From positions 192,001-256,000 of the forward strand of contig CAXWPJ010000002.1 of the NCBI GenBank assembly GCA_963664115.2: 64,000 nucleotides of DNA, in the 5' to 3' direction. Positions 1-8,895 of this stretch are shown here, in pieces. The position numbers were made by a program, and so were the translations under genes. This stretch comes from Terriglobia bacterium (GTDB lineage: Bacteria; Acidobacteriota; Terriglobia; 20CM-2-55-15). The notes beneath the pieces were generated by a model. That model ran no database searches. It saw nothing but the letters and a program-made list of their open reading frames with translations, and was not told the origin of the DNA. The first letter of the stretch is position 1. Each line of letters starts with the position of its first letter.

Positions 1-196
1 CTGCATAGTCCTTTAGCTTCCGGGCCGGTGTCTTCTCATGGATGCCAACTTCGCCCTTGGCCAATTGGGTCTTTCGTGCCGCTTCAATCTGACGGGCGAC
101 TCTAGCGTTCGTGTGGTGGGTACTCTCCCGAATCCTGCGGTTGTCAAATTGGAACTCAAACCAATAAATGCCCTTCTTACCTCGCTTATAGATCAC
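1..196 (-). CDS. Phage-type tyrosine integrase, N-terminal part (runs off the window edge)
   Basis: Not in the ORF track. Manual translation from GTG at 196, behind a GGAGG RBS, gives MIYKRGKKGIYWFEFQFDNRRIRESTHHTNARVARQIEAARKTQLAKGEVGIHEK..., a typical integrase arm-binding N-terminus. The catalytic domain lies outside the window. Confidence 0.75.
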   Translation of the reverse strand, partial: MIYKRGKKGIYWFEFQFDNRRIRESTHHTNARVARQIEAARKTQLAKGEVGIHEKTPARKLKDYA

Positions 197-368
197 TTCG
201 CTTTACCTCCCTTCCTTGTTGCTTGTTCCTGCTTTGTCGGCCTGCCCCCCAGCTTGCCGTACTCGCGCATCCTGCGATCAAACTCGCGCTTGCCCCACTT
301 GCGCCTGCGTACCGCCGCACTGCGCTTGCCGAGTAGGCTGGCCGCTGCGTTGATTTCCTTCTTACTAG
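193..368 (-). pseudogene. Small basic protein coupled to the integrase, 5' end cut by IS1380
   Basis: Manual translation ...SKKEINAAASLLGKRSAAVRRRKWGKREFDRRMREYGKLGGRPTKQEQATRKGGKAK*. Its TGA overlaps the integrase GTG (GTGA). Confidence 0.6.
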
Positions 369-2217
369 TCCCAAAACAAGCGCATAACCAGTCCGCCGAG
401 GCCCAGTTCGCGCCGATAGAATTCGAGGCATAGAATCCCGTTCCCGGATGGCCTGTTCCAGGTATCGAGTTTCTGTTGAATCTGTTTCAGTTCAGCCTCG
501 CTGGTGTTGGACGGTTGACAGAAACCGGGACCTCGATCGCCCGGGCTCAGAGTCATGATCGGGTCAACATCGCAGAGGCTGACGCAACACATCCACCCCG
601 CGGAACAAGACCGGCAACCACCGGTTCCAGGCCAGGATCCGGAACAGAATGCGCCGCCCGGTGCGCACGAGTTGGCACGGCACAAGCATGAAAGCGTTCA
701 AGAAGGTTTTGAACTCCATGCGCAGCACGGTTTGCTTCTCAGCCTGATATTTTTGGCCCCAACGTCCGGTTTCGGGAAGCAGCAATGCAAACCACGCTTT
801 CAGTGTCCAGGCCAGTGACGCGATCACCATGTAGGCCCAGTTGCTGGTCTGATCTCCGACCGGCATCCGCAACGCCTGAACGCCGTTCTTCAACTGCTCA
901 ATGAGATTCTCCTGATTGCACCGTTGATTGGCACGCATCACAATCTGGTCGGCCGGATCCGAACGGTTGGTAATGTAGAAGAAGTACCGGATGTCGTCAA
1001 ACAACACCTGCTCTCCTTTGGCCACCGACAGATTCTTCCGCACCACGACGACACGGTAGTCCCGATCGCAGGCTCCGGGTCGATACCGAAACTCGGCCAC
1101 ATCCTCACCCTGCAAGCGGATATTGTCGAAACCGCGCTGCCGAACGATCTCTTCCTTCACGTTGTCGGGACGTTGGCGCGGTTCGGTCGCCACGTCGTAT
1201 TTCGCGGGCCGTTCCAGGCGCTTCCACTGGCGCGGCTCCAGTTCATCGGCCCGGGCCTTCAGGTTCGCCATCGCGTCAATCCCGAATATGAAACCCACCT
1301 GCTGGTCGTCCCATCCGTCCAGATGCCGGGTCTGGCTGAAGTCCGTGTCCCCGCGCAGCAGGATCTGGCGAAACCCCGCATGCCGGCACAATGCGATGGC
1401 TTGGTCGAACCGGACCGCGGCTCCTTCATGCGACGGCCGGTTGCCGCTACGATTGACCAGATACAGCGGTTCGGCGGTGTTGGCCAGCGAGATCATCAGC
1501 GGGTGATATCCCCACGTCCCGTCGTAGGCCACGTCCATCCCTTGCTTGCATTCCCCCGTGGTTTCGGCCAGTGTCCCGTCCGCGTCCAACACCGCTTCTT
1601 CGAAAAACGCCGCCGGTTGCTGTCGCCAGACTCCGAGCCGGACTTGATTGGTTGCCTCCATCAGACACTCCACGTCGTCGGCCTCGAATCTCCGGCAGAA
1701 GTCTCCCGCCGTCGTCGGATCCGGAATCCGTTGCGCTCCCAGCGCATCCAGATACACCGCATCGTTGCGCCGCAGTTCGATGTCTTCCAGGCACGTTCCT
1801 CCGCTCAAGGCGTTGTAGGCGATGTTCAGCACGTGATCCGACTCGTGATACGGCAGGTGCCGCTTCAACACATGCACGCCCTTGTCGATGGCTTCGATCA
1901 GCCCGGTCCGCCGCGCCACCAGTTGCATCGTCCCGATACCACCAACCGATGTGCCCCGCGTCCGCTCTCCCATCTCGTACTGAATGTTGCTCGCCGAAAA
2001 CATCGGCTCTACCTGATCCGTCCAATGCCGGTCCCCAAGCCGACGTTCGATTCGCCGCTTGCGGTTCCTCATGTTCTTGCGCGTATAATCGTTCATCTGA
2101 AATGCCTCCTTTTCCGAAGAATCTGTTCAAGGTTTTTTTCGCACGGAGAGGGGGCATTTCGGGTACTTCCGCTCTTATTGCACTATCATTTCCTCGTCAA
2201 TCACGCTTGTTCAGGGG
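369..2217 (-). mobile_element. IS1380-family insertion sequence, copy 1 (1849 bp)
   Basis: Imperfect terminal IRs (CCCAAAACAAGCG / CCCTGAACAAGCG), CTAG on both sides (365-368, 2218-2221), near-identical to 7018-8866. Confidence 0.9.
564..2096 (-). CDS. IS1380-family DDE transposase
   Basis: 510 aa; LDADGT, GYHPL, LRGDTDF and NQENLIEQLK motifs. Confidence 0.9.
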   Translation of the reverse strand: MNDYTRKNMRNRKRRIERRLGDRHWTDQVEPMFSASNIQYEMGERTRGTSVGGIGTMQLVARRTGLIEAIDKGVHVLKRHLPYHESDHVLNIAYNALSGGTCLEDIELRRNDAVYLDALGAQRIPDPTTAGDFCRRFEADDVECLMEATNQVRLGVWRQQPAAFFEEAVLDADGTLAETTGECKQGMDVAYDGTWGYHPLMISLANTAEPLYLVNRSGNRPSHEGAAVRFDQAIALCRHAGFRQILLRGDTDFSQTRHLDGWDDQQVGFIFGIDAMANLKARADELEPRQWKRLERPAKYDVATEPRQRPDNVKEEIVRQRGFDNIRLQGEDVAEFRYRPGACDRDYRVVVVRKNLSVAKGEQVLFDDIRYFFYITNRSDPADQIVMRANQRCNQENLIEQLKNGVQALRMPVGDQTSNWAYMVIASLAWTLKAWFALLLPETGRWGQKYQAEKQTVLRMEFKTFLNAFMLVPCQLVRTGRRILFRILAWNRWLPVLFRGVDVLRQPLRC

Positions 2218-2821
2218 CTAGTGTTAGTTCGATGCCTGCCGATCGAAGGACTGCTAACCGCTCCAATGCCCCTTCCTTCCGTTTCTTGTTGTGATTCATT
2301 GGGCCACCAGCGAGGGCTGCGAACACCACTTCGGGATGAGCCTCGAACACATGATTCTGGGTTTCAGGTGACATCAGTTCGTCGACCTCCCGGATTTTCT
2401 TCATGATCATGAAGGTTTGTATCGTTACCCCAACCCCGCGCGCCTGACGGTTCAAAACGGATGCCTCTTCATGAGTTTCGGCCACTAGGGTAGGACGACA
2501 TGGCGCTGAGAACACACTGTTGTGTCGCAGGGGAGAAAGTTCTTGGCGAGCGAGCTGATCGCATTCGCGCGCATCATCGTCAGAGAGGCCGATAGGGATA
2601 TCAATCGCAACGACTGAACCGTCACGCTGCACCGTCTGAAATAGCGCCTCAAGGTCGGTGATCACCGAAAATGCAGGCGCGCTTTCACCGGGTGCGCCCT
2701 GTGCGACGACCCAACCATCGTGGCAACCGTCAATTCCGTAGTGCTTCAGTCTGGTGACTCCGTATGGCGTGATTTGGAGAATCATAACGCGCCTGGTAGG
2801 GAACCAACAGAACTGACGCAT
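2218..2821 (-). pseudogene. DUF429-family (RNase H-like nuclease) protein, 3'-truncated by IS1380
   Basis: YGIDGC..GW, AIDIPIGL, R.CD..AR and EAHPEV motifs; the frame runs into the IS end and lacks the usual C-terminal region. Confidence 0.75.
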
Positions 2822-2890
2822 TCTGGGTGCAGATCGGCGCTAAAGTGTTCAATTGTCGGTCAAATCAGGGCGGATTGGATAAATCGGCAA

Positions 2891-2929
2891 TTCTCAAGGT
2901 CCGAGAAGATGATTTATCAGGACTTGACC
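2891..2929 (-). repeat. Palindromic site A (candidate recombination site)
   Basis: Minus strand GGTCAAGTCCTGATAA-ATCATC-TTCTCGGACCTTGAGAA; homologous to 4345, 9561/10824, 61773 and 63644. Confidence 0.85.
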
Positions 2930-2936
2930 TTGAATA

Positions 2937-2971
2937 TCAGGGGACTGGCACCCGTTCCTTCAGTTCTTCAA
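2937..2971 (-). pseudogene. Orphan 3' tail (EELKERVPVP*) of a Ser/Thr kinase-PD40 family gene
   Basis: TTGAAGAACTGAAGGAACGGGTGCCAGTCCCCTGA matches the tails at 9465-9524 and ~63580-63636. Confidence 0.7.
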
Positions 2972-3122
2972 GAGTCTGGACTCTTGCCCCTGCCTTCACT
3001 TCTAAGCGCTGAAGATTTGATTAGCTGTGAACTGATACTAAGGCGTCGTCTCTTCTTTCAGTTAGCCCAGCGTTGAGAAGAGGACGGCCCACACACCTGT
3101 TTCAAACACTCGGAGTTGTACT

Positions 3123-3968
3123 CTACGATTCCTCGGCTGCAGCTTTCGAACGCTTTCGCAGTCGGTCCAGCGCCCACGGGCCTCCGCCCAGGGCGGAAAG
3201 CAAGAGAAACGAGAAGCAGAAGTAAATCGCATCTTCGCCAAGGTTGAGTATCGGCCAGAATGTCCGGGGTTGATGGCTGAGGAAATAAGCGAAAGCCATT
3301 TGCCCGGAAAAAAAGAAAGCCAGCGGCCGTGTAAAGAGTCCCAAAAAGAGGAACGGTCCGAGAATGGTCTCGAATAGATGAGCGTATCCCGTCAGCGAAG
3401 AGAGGTTAGGGCCTTCGAACGGCTCTTCTCCGGCCGGCCACGGCCAGCCGATCATGTCTTCCGTCCCATGGGGCAGCCAAACGAAGAGAGTAGCGATCCT
3501 GAATACACTCAGTATTTGCGGTTCCCAGGGAGTTAGAAAGCCTGTGGGTTTCGCCTTGTCCCGCAACACTGCATCCAGACTCCACGCGCCGCCTCCGGCG
3601 GTCGCCAGGTAGAGGAAGGCAAAACAATAGAAAAACCATAGGTCGCCGCCATTGAATCCCGGCCAGAAGCTCTCGCTCGCGTGGTTCAGGATGTAGACCA
3701 ACGCCATCTCGCACGACAGAATAAAGGCGATGGGTACGGTGAAAATCCCCAGGAAGACAGCCAGGCCACCAAAGGTTTCGAGTATTCCGCTCTGTCCGAC
3801 CCACGAAAACAACTCGAAGCCATCGAATCCGCCACGGGGAGTCGGATAGCCAAAGACTTTTTGGGTTCCATGCGCCATGAAGAGATACGCAACAATAATC
3901 CTCAAAAGGCTTAGAATCTGGGGGCTCGAACGTTCAAGAAATTTGTCGAAGGCTGTCAGGATTTTCAT
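3123..3968 (-). CDS. DoxX-family membrane protein with tandem duplicated DoxX domain
   Basis: Two repeats of LRI...HG.Q/E...E..GG/LGP....G.FT.P.AF..S..MA..Y...H....GGG.W.LD. Confidence 0.85.
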   Translation of the reverse strand: MKILTAFDKFLERSSPQILSLLRIIVAYLFMAHGTQKVFGYPTPRGGFDGFELFSWVGQSGILETFGGLAVFLGIFTVPIAFILSCEMALVYILNHASESFWPGFNGGDLWFFYCFAFLYLATAGGGAWSLDAVLRDKAKPTGFLTPWEPQILSVFRIATLFVWLPHGTEDMIGWPWPAGEEPFEGPNLSSLTGYAHLFETILGPFLFLGLFTRPLAFFFSGQMAFAYFLSHQPRTFWPILNLGEDAIYFCFSFLLLSALGGGPWALDRLRKRSKAAAEES

Positions 3969-4128
3969 GGTGCAACAGCCTATAACACAAGAGTCTCGGG
4001 GGACAACGCGAGACATACCAGAGTTACACTCTCGACCGCTTTCCGACATTCCGGAGAAGTATCCCCGACGGGACTTCTACCCCGGTGGGCCTATCTCGCA
4101 CTGAACAGGTCAGCCTTAGCTGGACGCA

Positions 4129-4322
4129 CTGGGTGGCGAATTACTAGTTTCCCTTAAAGTTCAGGGACTTGAACCGGGGCCCAGGATCCGATCCCGAGTG
4201 GTCATGAGGTGAACCAGCAGGATAATCAGGTCGCGCATCGGCCGATCTTCGCGATCATTCCCACGATCACAAGACCCGAATTTTCAATGCGTTATCCGTT
4301 TGACTAGGAGTTCCCACCCACA
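4129..4322 (-). mobile_element. Internally deleted IS remnant (integrase-core transposase family)
   Basis: Contains MRDLIILLVHLMTTRDRILGPG, resembling the N-terminus of a common rve-transposase family, between short imperfect IRs (TGGGTGGCGAATT / TGGGTGGGAACT). Confidence 0.45.
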
Positions 4323-4344
4323 GGTGGATCGGGAGGCAATGGAA

Positions 4345-4382
4345 TCTCAAGGTCCGAGAAGATGATTTCTCAGGACTTGAGA
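4345..4382 (-). repeat. Palindromic site B
   Basis: Minus strand TCTCAAGTCCTGAGAA-ATCATC-TTCTCGGACCTTGAGA; one mismatch to site A in the core. Confidence 0.85.
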
Positions 4383-4489
4383 CGGACAATTGTCCGAATA
4401 GCTGGTTAGAACTAAGCCGCAGGCGCTCGGAGTCGGCGTACAGCAGATAGAGTCTGTCCCATAAAGTAGCGGTCATAAGGAGGTGTCTT

Positions 4490-5371
4490 ATGACCCAACT
4501 ACGAGAACGGATGCTGGAGGAACTCCAGCGACGGAACTATTCCCCGGCCACGAGTCGTGGCTACATTCTGGCAGTCGAACAATTCGCGAATTACTTCGGC
4601 AAGTCTCCGGCCTTGATGGGAGCCGAGGAGGTACGGCGTTTTCAGCTGTACTTACTGACCGAAAAGAAGCTGGCGGCGAGTACGGTCGGGATGCGGACCT
4701 CGGCGATACGATTCCTTTACAAGAAGGTGCTGCTGCGACGTGCGGATCTGGAACTGGATGATCTGCCCATGCCCAAGAGTGCGCGGAAACTACCCACGAT
4801 CCTGGGTCCGTCTGAAGTCCGCCGGTTGATCCAAGCCGCATTGAGTCCGATGCACCGGGCCATCCTGATGGTGCTCTACGGGACCGGGATGCGACGGGCC
4901 GAAGCCGCCGTGTTGAAGGTGGCCGACATCGACAGTGAACGGATGCTGGTGCATATCCGCGACGGGAAAGGGCGTCGGGACCGGGATGTCCCGTTGAGTC
5001 GCAATCTGCTTGAAGCGTTACGGGGGTACTGGTTATTGAAAAAGCCCGAGGTCTATCTGTTTCACAGCAGTGCAGGACACCGGGGCACGGATGCTCCGAT
5101 CTCGGACAAGGTGGTCTGGCATGCCGTTCATGGGGCCGCCCAGCGTGCGGGTCTGACCCAGAGGATCGGTCCGCACACGCTACGGCACAGCTTCGCGACC
5201 CACCTGCTAGAGTCCGGGACCGACTTGCGCACGATCCAGCTCTTGATGGGACACAGTCGGCTCAGCGATACCACGCTCTACCTGCAACTGTCCCGGCGCC
5301 ATCTTCGAACCGCGCGCAATCCTCTGGATCAGTTGAAGCTTTCACCTGTGGTTAAGGATCCAAAGAAGTGA
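4490..5371 (+). CDS. Tyrosine recombinase (Phage_int_SAM_4 + catalytic domain)
   Basis: YGTGMR, GKG, HTLRHSFATHLLE, LMGH...T..Y motifs; no integron IntI insertion patch is evident. Confidence 0.92.
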   Translation: MTQLRERMLEELQRRNYSPATSRGYILAVEQFANYFGKSPALMGAEEVRRFQLYLLTEKKLAASTVGMRTSAIRFLYKKVLLRRADLELDDLPMPKSARKLPTILGPSEVRRLIQAALSPMHRAILMVLYGTGMRRAEAAVLKVADIDSERMLVHIRDGKGRRDRDVPLSRNLLEALRGYWLLKKPEVYLFHSSAGHRGTDAPISDKVVWHAVHGAAQRAGLTQRIGPHTLRHSFATHLLESGTDLRTIQLLMGHSRLSDTTLYLQLSRRHLRTARNPLDQLKLSPVVKDPKK

Positions 5372-6552
5372 GCCGGCCACCCTTTGAGGTGGCTGACGTG
5401 ATTCGCATCGTCGGAGACCGATTCCGACAACGGTATTTGAAAGCGCTGGCCTGGCCCCAGGTCAAGGTCCTCAACGCGATTACCCATTGCCGGACCGCCG
5501 CACTGGGCGGGAACCGGAAACGATGCGACCACTGTGGCCACCAAACGCTGGTCTACCACTCGTGCCGGAACCGCCACTGCCCGAAGTGCCAGACCAATGC
5601 GCGGAACACCTGGGTCGAGAAACGGCAACAGGAACTGCTACCGATCGGATACTTCCATCTGGTCTTCAGCCTGCCCCATCAGTTGATCCCATTGATCTGG
5701 CAGAACAAGAAGGTGCTCTATGCGCTTCTGTTCCGAACCAGTGCGGCGGCGCTGATCGAAGTGGCCCGAAACCCCAGGTATCTGGGCGGCGAGATCGGAT
5801 TCCTCAGCATCCTGCATACCTGGGGACAAACCCTGCAACGCCATCCCCATATCCACTGTGTGGTTCCCGGTGGCGGACTGTCCCCGGATCACGACCGGTG
5901 GATCCACTCCTCCCGGACCGACTTCTTCCTCCCGGTCCAGAAGCTCAGCTACGTTTTCAGAGAAAAGTTTCTCGACGGTTTAGCCGAAGCCTTCGGAAAC
6001 AAGACGCTCGTTTTCCATGGGGAGTGTCTGGAACTGGCCACCGAATCCACCTTCGAGCGGTTCCTCGACGATCTGAAGGATCGGAACTGGGTGGTGTACG
6101 CCAAAGAACCATTCGGCGGACCCCAACACGTCCTTCAGTACCTGGCCCGCTATACCCATCGGGTGGCCATCTCGAATCATCGCATCCTCGATGTCAACCA
6201 ATCCGGCGTTACATTCCGCTGGAAGGACTATCGCCACAATGGCCGTCCACGAACAATGACACTCCAACCCGAAGAGTTCCTCCGTCGATTCCTCCTGCAT
6301 GTCTTACCGAAAGGCTTTCCCCGCATCCGGTACTACGGATGGATGGCAAATCGGAAACGCAAGACGATGCTGGAACTCTGTCGGCACCTCTTAGGTCAGG
6401 AGTCCATCACCGAGCCGGAGTCCGAGGCGGGTGCTACCCCACCGGCACCGTGTCCGATCTGCCGGGGACCGATGCGTCTGGTCGAGCGATTAACCGCGGC
6501 ACAGCTCGCCGCTCTCGAATCAAAGGAGGTTCCAATTCAGGATAGTGCGTAG
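5368..6552 (+). CDS. IS91-family Y2/HUH transposase
   Basis: Zn-binding HSCRNRHCPKCQ, HTWGQ..HPHIHC (HUH), YLARY. Confidence 0.92.
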   Translation: MSRPPFEVADVIRIVGDRFRQRYLKALAWPQVKVLNAITHCRTAALGGNRKRCDHCGHQTLVYHSCRNRHCPKCQTNARNTWVEKRQQELLPIGYFHLVFSLPHQLIPLIWQNKKVLYALLFRTSAAALIEVARNPRYLGGEIGFLSILHTWGQTLQRHPHIHCVVPGGGLSPDHDRWIHSSRTDFFLPVQKLSYVFREKFLDGLAEAFGNKTLVFHGECLELATESTFERFLDDLKDRNWVVYAKEPFGGPQHVLQYLARYTHRVAISNHRILDVNQSGVTFRWKDYRHNGRPRTMTLQPEEFLRRFLLHVLPKGFPRIRYYGWMANRKRKTMLELCRHLLGQESITEPESEAGATPPAPCPICRGPMRLVERLTAAQLAALESKEVPIQDSA

Positions 6553-7017
6553 CCATCGACACTCAACAATTCCAGCCCAACGCGGTCGTCCAGACTGCAT
6601 CGCCGAAGTGTGTCCAGACGCCAAAAACACGCGTGCTCAAGTGCCCTTTCGCTATATCCAACCCACCCCACTCGGGCGATCGACAGTGATTTTCCGCTAC
6701 AACCACCCCCCACCATCACTGCGTCTCCCCGATTCAGCCTCCAATCCATGGATTGAAAACCCATAGGTCTTCTCGTTCCCGGCCGCGCCTGCGCCTCACT
6801 TCAAACCATTCTATCCGACATGCCCCGGCATCATTTTTTGTCACTGTCGGTGCCGGACCATCTCCGATACAAAACTGACGTTAGCCGGCAAGAAACAAGC
6901 CAACATTGGAACTTGGACGCATACTTGATTACACGGACGAGTCGCAAGCTTCCGGAAGGTAACTTCCCGGTCCTTGTAAGCGCGTTGCTTGAAACGAGAC
7001 GAACCCTACGGCACTAG

Positions 7018-8866
7018 TCCCTGAACAAGCGTGATTGACGAGGAAATGATAGTGCAATAAGAGCGGAAGTACCCGAAATGCCCCCTCTCCGTGCGAAAAA
7101 AACCTTGGACAGATTCTTCGGAAAAGGAGGCATTTCAGATGAACGATTATACGCGCAAGAACATGAGGAACCGCAAGCGGCGAATCGAACGTCGGCTTGG
7201 GGACCGGCATTGGACGGATCAGGTAGAGCCGATGTTTTCGGCGAGCAACATTCAGTACGAGATGGGAGAGCGGACGCGGGGCACATCGGTTGGTGGTATC
7301 GGGACGATGCAACTGGTGGCGCGGCGGACCGGGCTGATCGAAGCCATCGACAAGGGCGTGCATGTGTTGAAGCGGCACCTGCCGTATCACGAGTCGGATC
7401 ACGTGCTGAACATCGCCTACAACGCCTTGAGCGGAGGAACGTGCCTGGAAGACATCGAACTGCGGCGCAACGATGCGGTGTATCTGGATGCGCTGGGAGC
7501 GCAACGGATTCCGGATCCGACGACGGCGGGAGACTTCTGCCGGAGATTCGAGGCCGACGACGTGGAGTGTCTGATGGAGGCAACCAATCAAGTCCGGCTC
7601 GGAGTCTGGCGACAGCAACCGGCGGCGTTTTTCGAAGAAGCGGTGTTGGACGCGGACGGGACACTGGCCGAAACCACGGGGGAATGCAAGCAAGGGATGG
7701 ACGTGGCCTACGACGGGACGTGGGGATATCACCCGCTGATGATCTCGCTGGCCAACACCGCCGAACCGCTGTATCTGGTCAATCGTAGCGGCAACCGGCC
7801 GTCGCATGAAGGAGCCGCGGTCCGGTTCGACCAAGCCATCGCATTGTGCCGGCATGCGGGGTTTCGCCAGATCCTGCTGCGCGGGGACACGGACTTCAGC
7901 CAGACCCGGCATCTGGACGGATGGGACGACCAGCAGGTGGGTTTCATATTCGGGATTGACGCGATGGCGAACCTGAAGGCCCGGGCCGATGAACTGGAGC
8001 CGCGCCAGTGGAAGCGCCTGGAACGGCCCGCGAAATACGACGTGGCGACCGAACCGCGCCAACGTCCCGACAACGTGAAGGAAGAGATCGTTCGGCAGCG
8101 CGGTTTCGACAATATCCGCTTGCAGGGTGAGGATGTGGCCGAGTTTCGGTATCGACCCGGAGCCTGCGATCGGGACTACCGTGTCGTCGTGGTGCGGAAG
8201 AATCTGTCGGTGGCCAAAGGAGAGCAGGTGTTGTTTGACGACATCCGGTACTTCTTCTACATTACCAACCGTTCGGATCCGGCCGACCAGATTGTGATGC
8301 GTGCCAATCAACGGTGCAATCAGGAGAATCTCATTGAGCAGTTGAAGAACGGCGTTCAGGCGTTGCGGATGCCGGTCGGAGATCAGACCAGCAACTGGGC
8401 CTACATGGTGATCGCGTCACTGGCCTGGACACTGAAAGCGTGGTTTGCATTGCTGCTTCCCGAAACCGGACGTTGGGGCCAAAAATATCAGGCTGAGAAG
8501 CAAACCGTGCTGCGCATGGAGTTCAAAACCTTCTTGAACGCTTTCATGCTTGTGCCGTGCCAACTCGTGCGCACCGGGCGGCGCATTCTGTTCCGGATCC
8601 TGGCCTGGAACCGGTGGTTGCCGGTCTTGTTCCGCGGGGTGGATGTGTTGCGTCAGCCTCTGCGATGTTGACCCGATCATGACTCTGAGCCCGGGCGATC
8701 GAGGTCCCGGTTTCTGTCAACCGTCCAACACCAGCGAGGCTGAACTGAAACAGATTCAACAGAAACTCGATACCTGGAACAGGCCATCCGGGAACGGGAT
8801 TCTATGCCTCGAATTCTATCGGCGCGAACTGGGCCTCGGCGGACTGGTTATGCGCTTGTTTTGGGA
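7018..8866 (+). mobile_element. IS1380-family insertion sequence, copy 2 (1849 bp, inverted relative to copy 1)
   Basis: Flanked by CTAG at 7014-7017 and 8867-8870; two SNPs noticed versus copy 1, both near the left end. Confidence 0.9.
7139..8671 (+). CDS. IS1380-family DDE transposase
   Basis: Same protein as 564-2096. Confidence 0.9.
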   Translation: MNDYTRKNMRNRKRRIERRLGDRHWTDQVEPMFSASNIQYEMGERTRGTSVGGIGTMQLVARRTGLIEAIDKGVHVLKRHLPYHESDHVLNIAYNALSGGTCLEDIELRRNDAVYLDALGAQRIPDPTTAGDFCRRFEADDVECLMEATNQVRLGVWRQQPAAFFEEAVLDADGTLAETTGECKQGMDVAYDGTWGYHPLMISLANTAEPLYLVNRSGNRPSHEGAAVRFDQAIALCRHAGFRQILLRGDTDFSQTRHLDGWDDQQVGFIFGIDAMANLKARADELEPRQWKRLERPAKYDVATEPRQRPDNVKEEIVRQRGFDNIRLQGEDVAEFRYRPGACDRDYRVVVVRKNLSVAKGEQVLFDDIRYFFYITNRSDPADQIVMRANQRCNQENLIEQLKNGVQALRMPVGDQTSNWAYMVIASLAWTLKAWFALLLPETGRWGQKYQAEKQTVLRMEFKTFLNAFMLVPCQLVRTGRRILFRILAWNRWLPVLFRGVDVLRQPLRC

Positions 8867-8895
8867 CTAGTGCGATCCTCTAAGATTACTTCTTC

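Larger units (their letters stand above)
4391..6820 (+). mobile_element. Tyrosine recombinase + IS91-like transposase element
   Basis: Two coupled ORFs bounded by imperfect IRs TGTCCGAATAGCTGGTTAGAACTAAG / TGTCGGATAGAATGGTTTGAAGTGAG; no TSD seen. Confidence 0.7.

Noticed and set aside
924-2294. Long antisense ORFs over the IS1380 transposases (also 6929-8311), IS3 (11801-12976) and others
   Set aside because: These are shadow frames of GC-rich coding sequence with no recognisable motifs.
2891-4382. Sites A and B as CRISPR repeats or canonical attC sites
   Set aside because: The spacing is kilobases, there are no cas genes, and there are no RYYYAAC/GTTRRRY cores. The recombinase at 4490 lacks an evident IntI patch.
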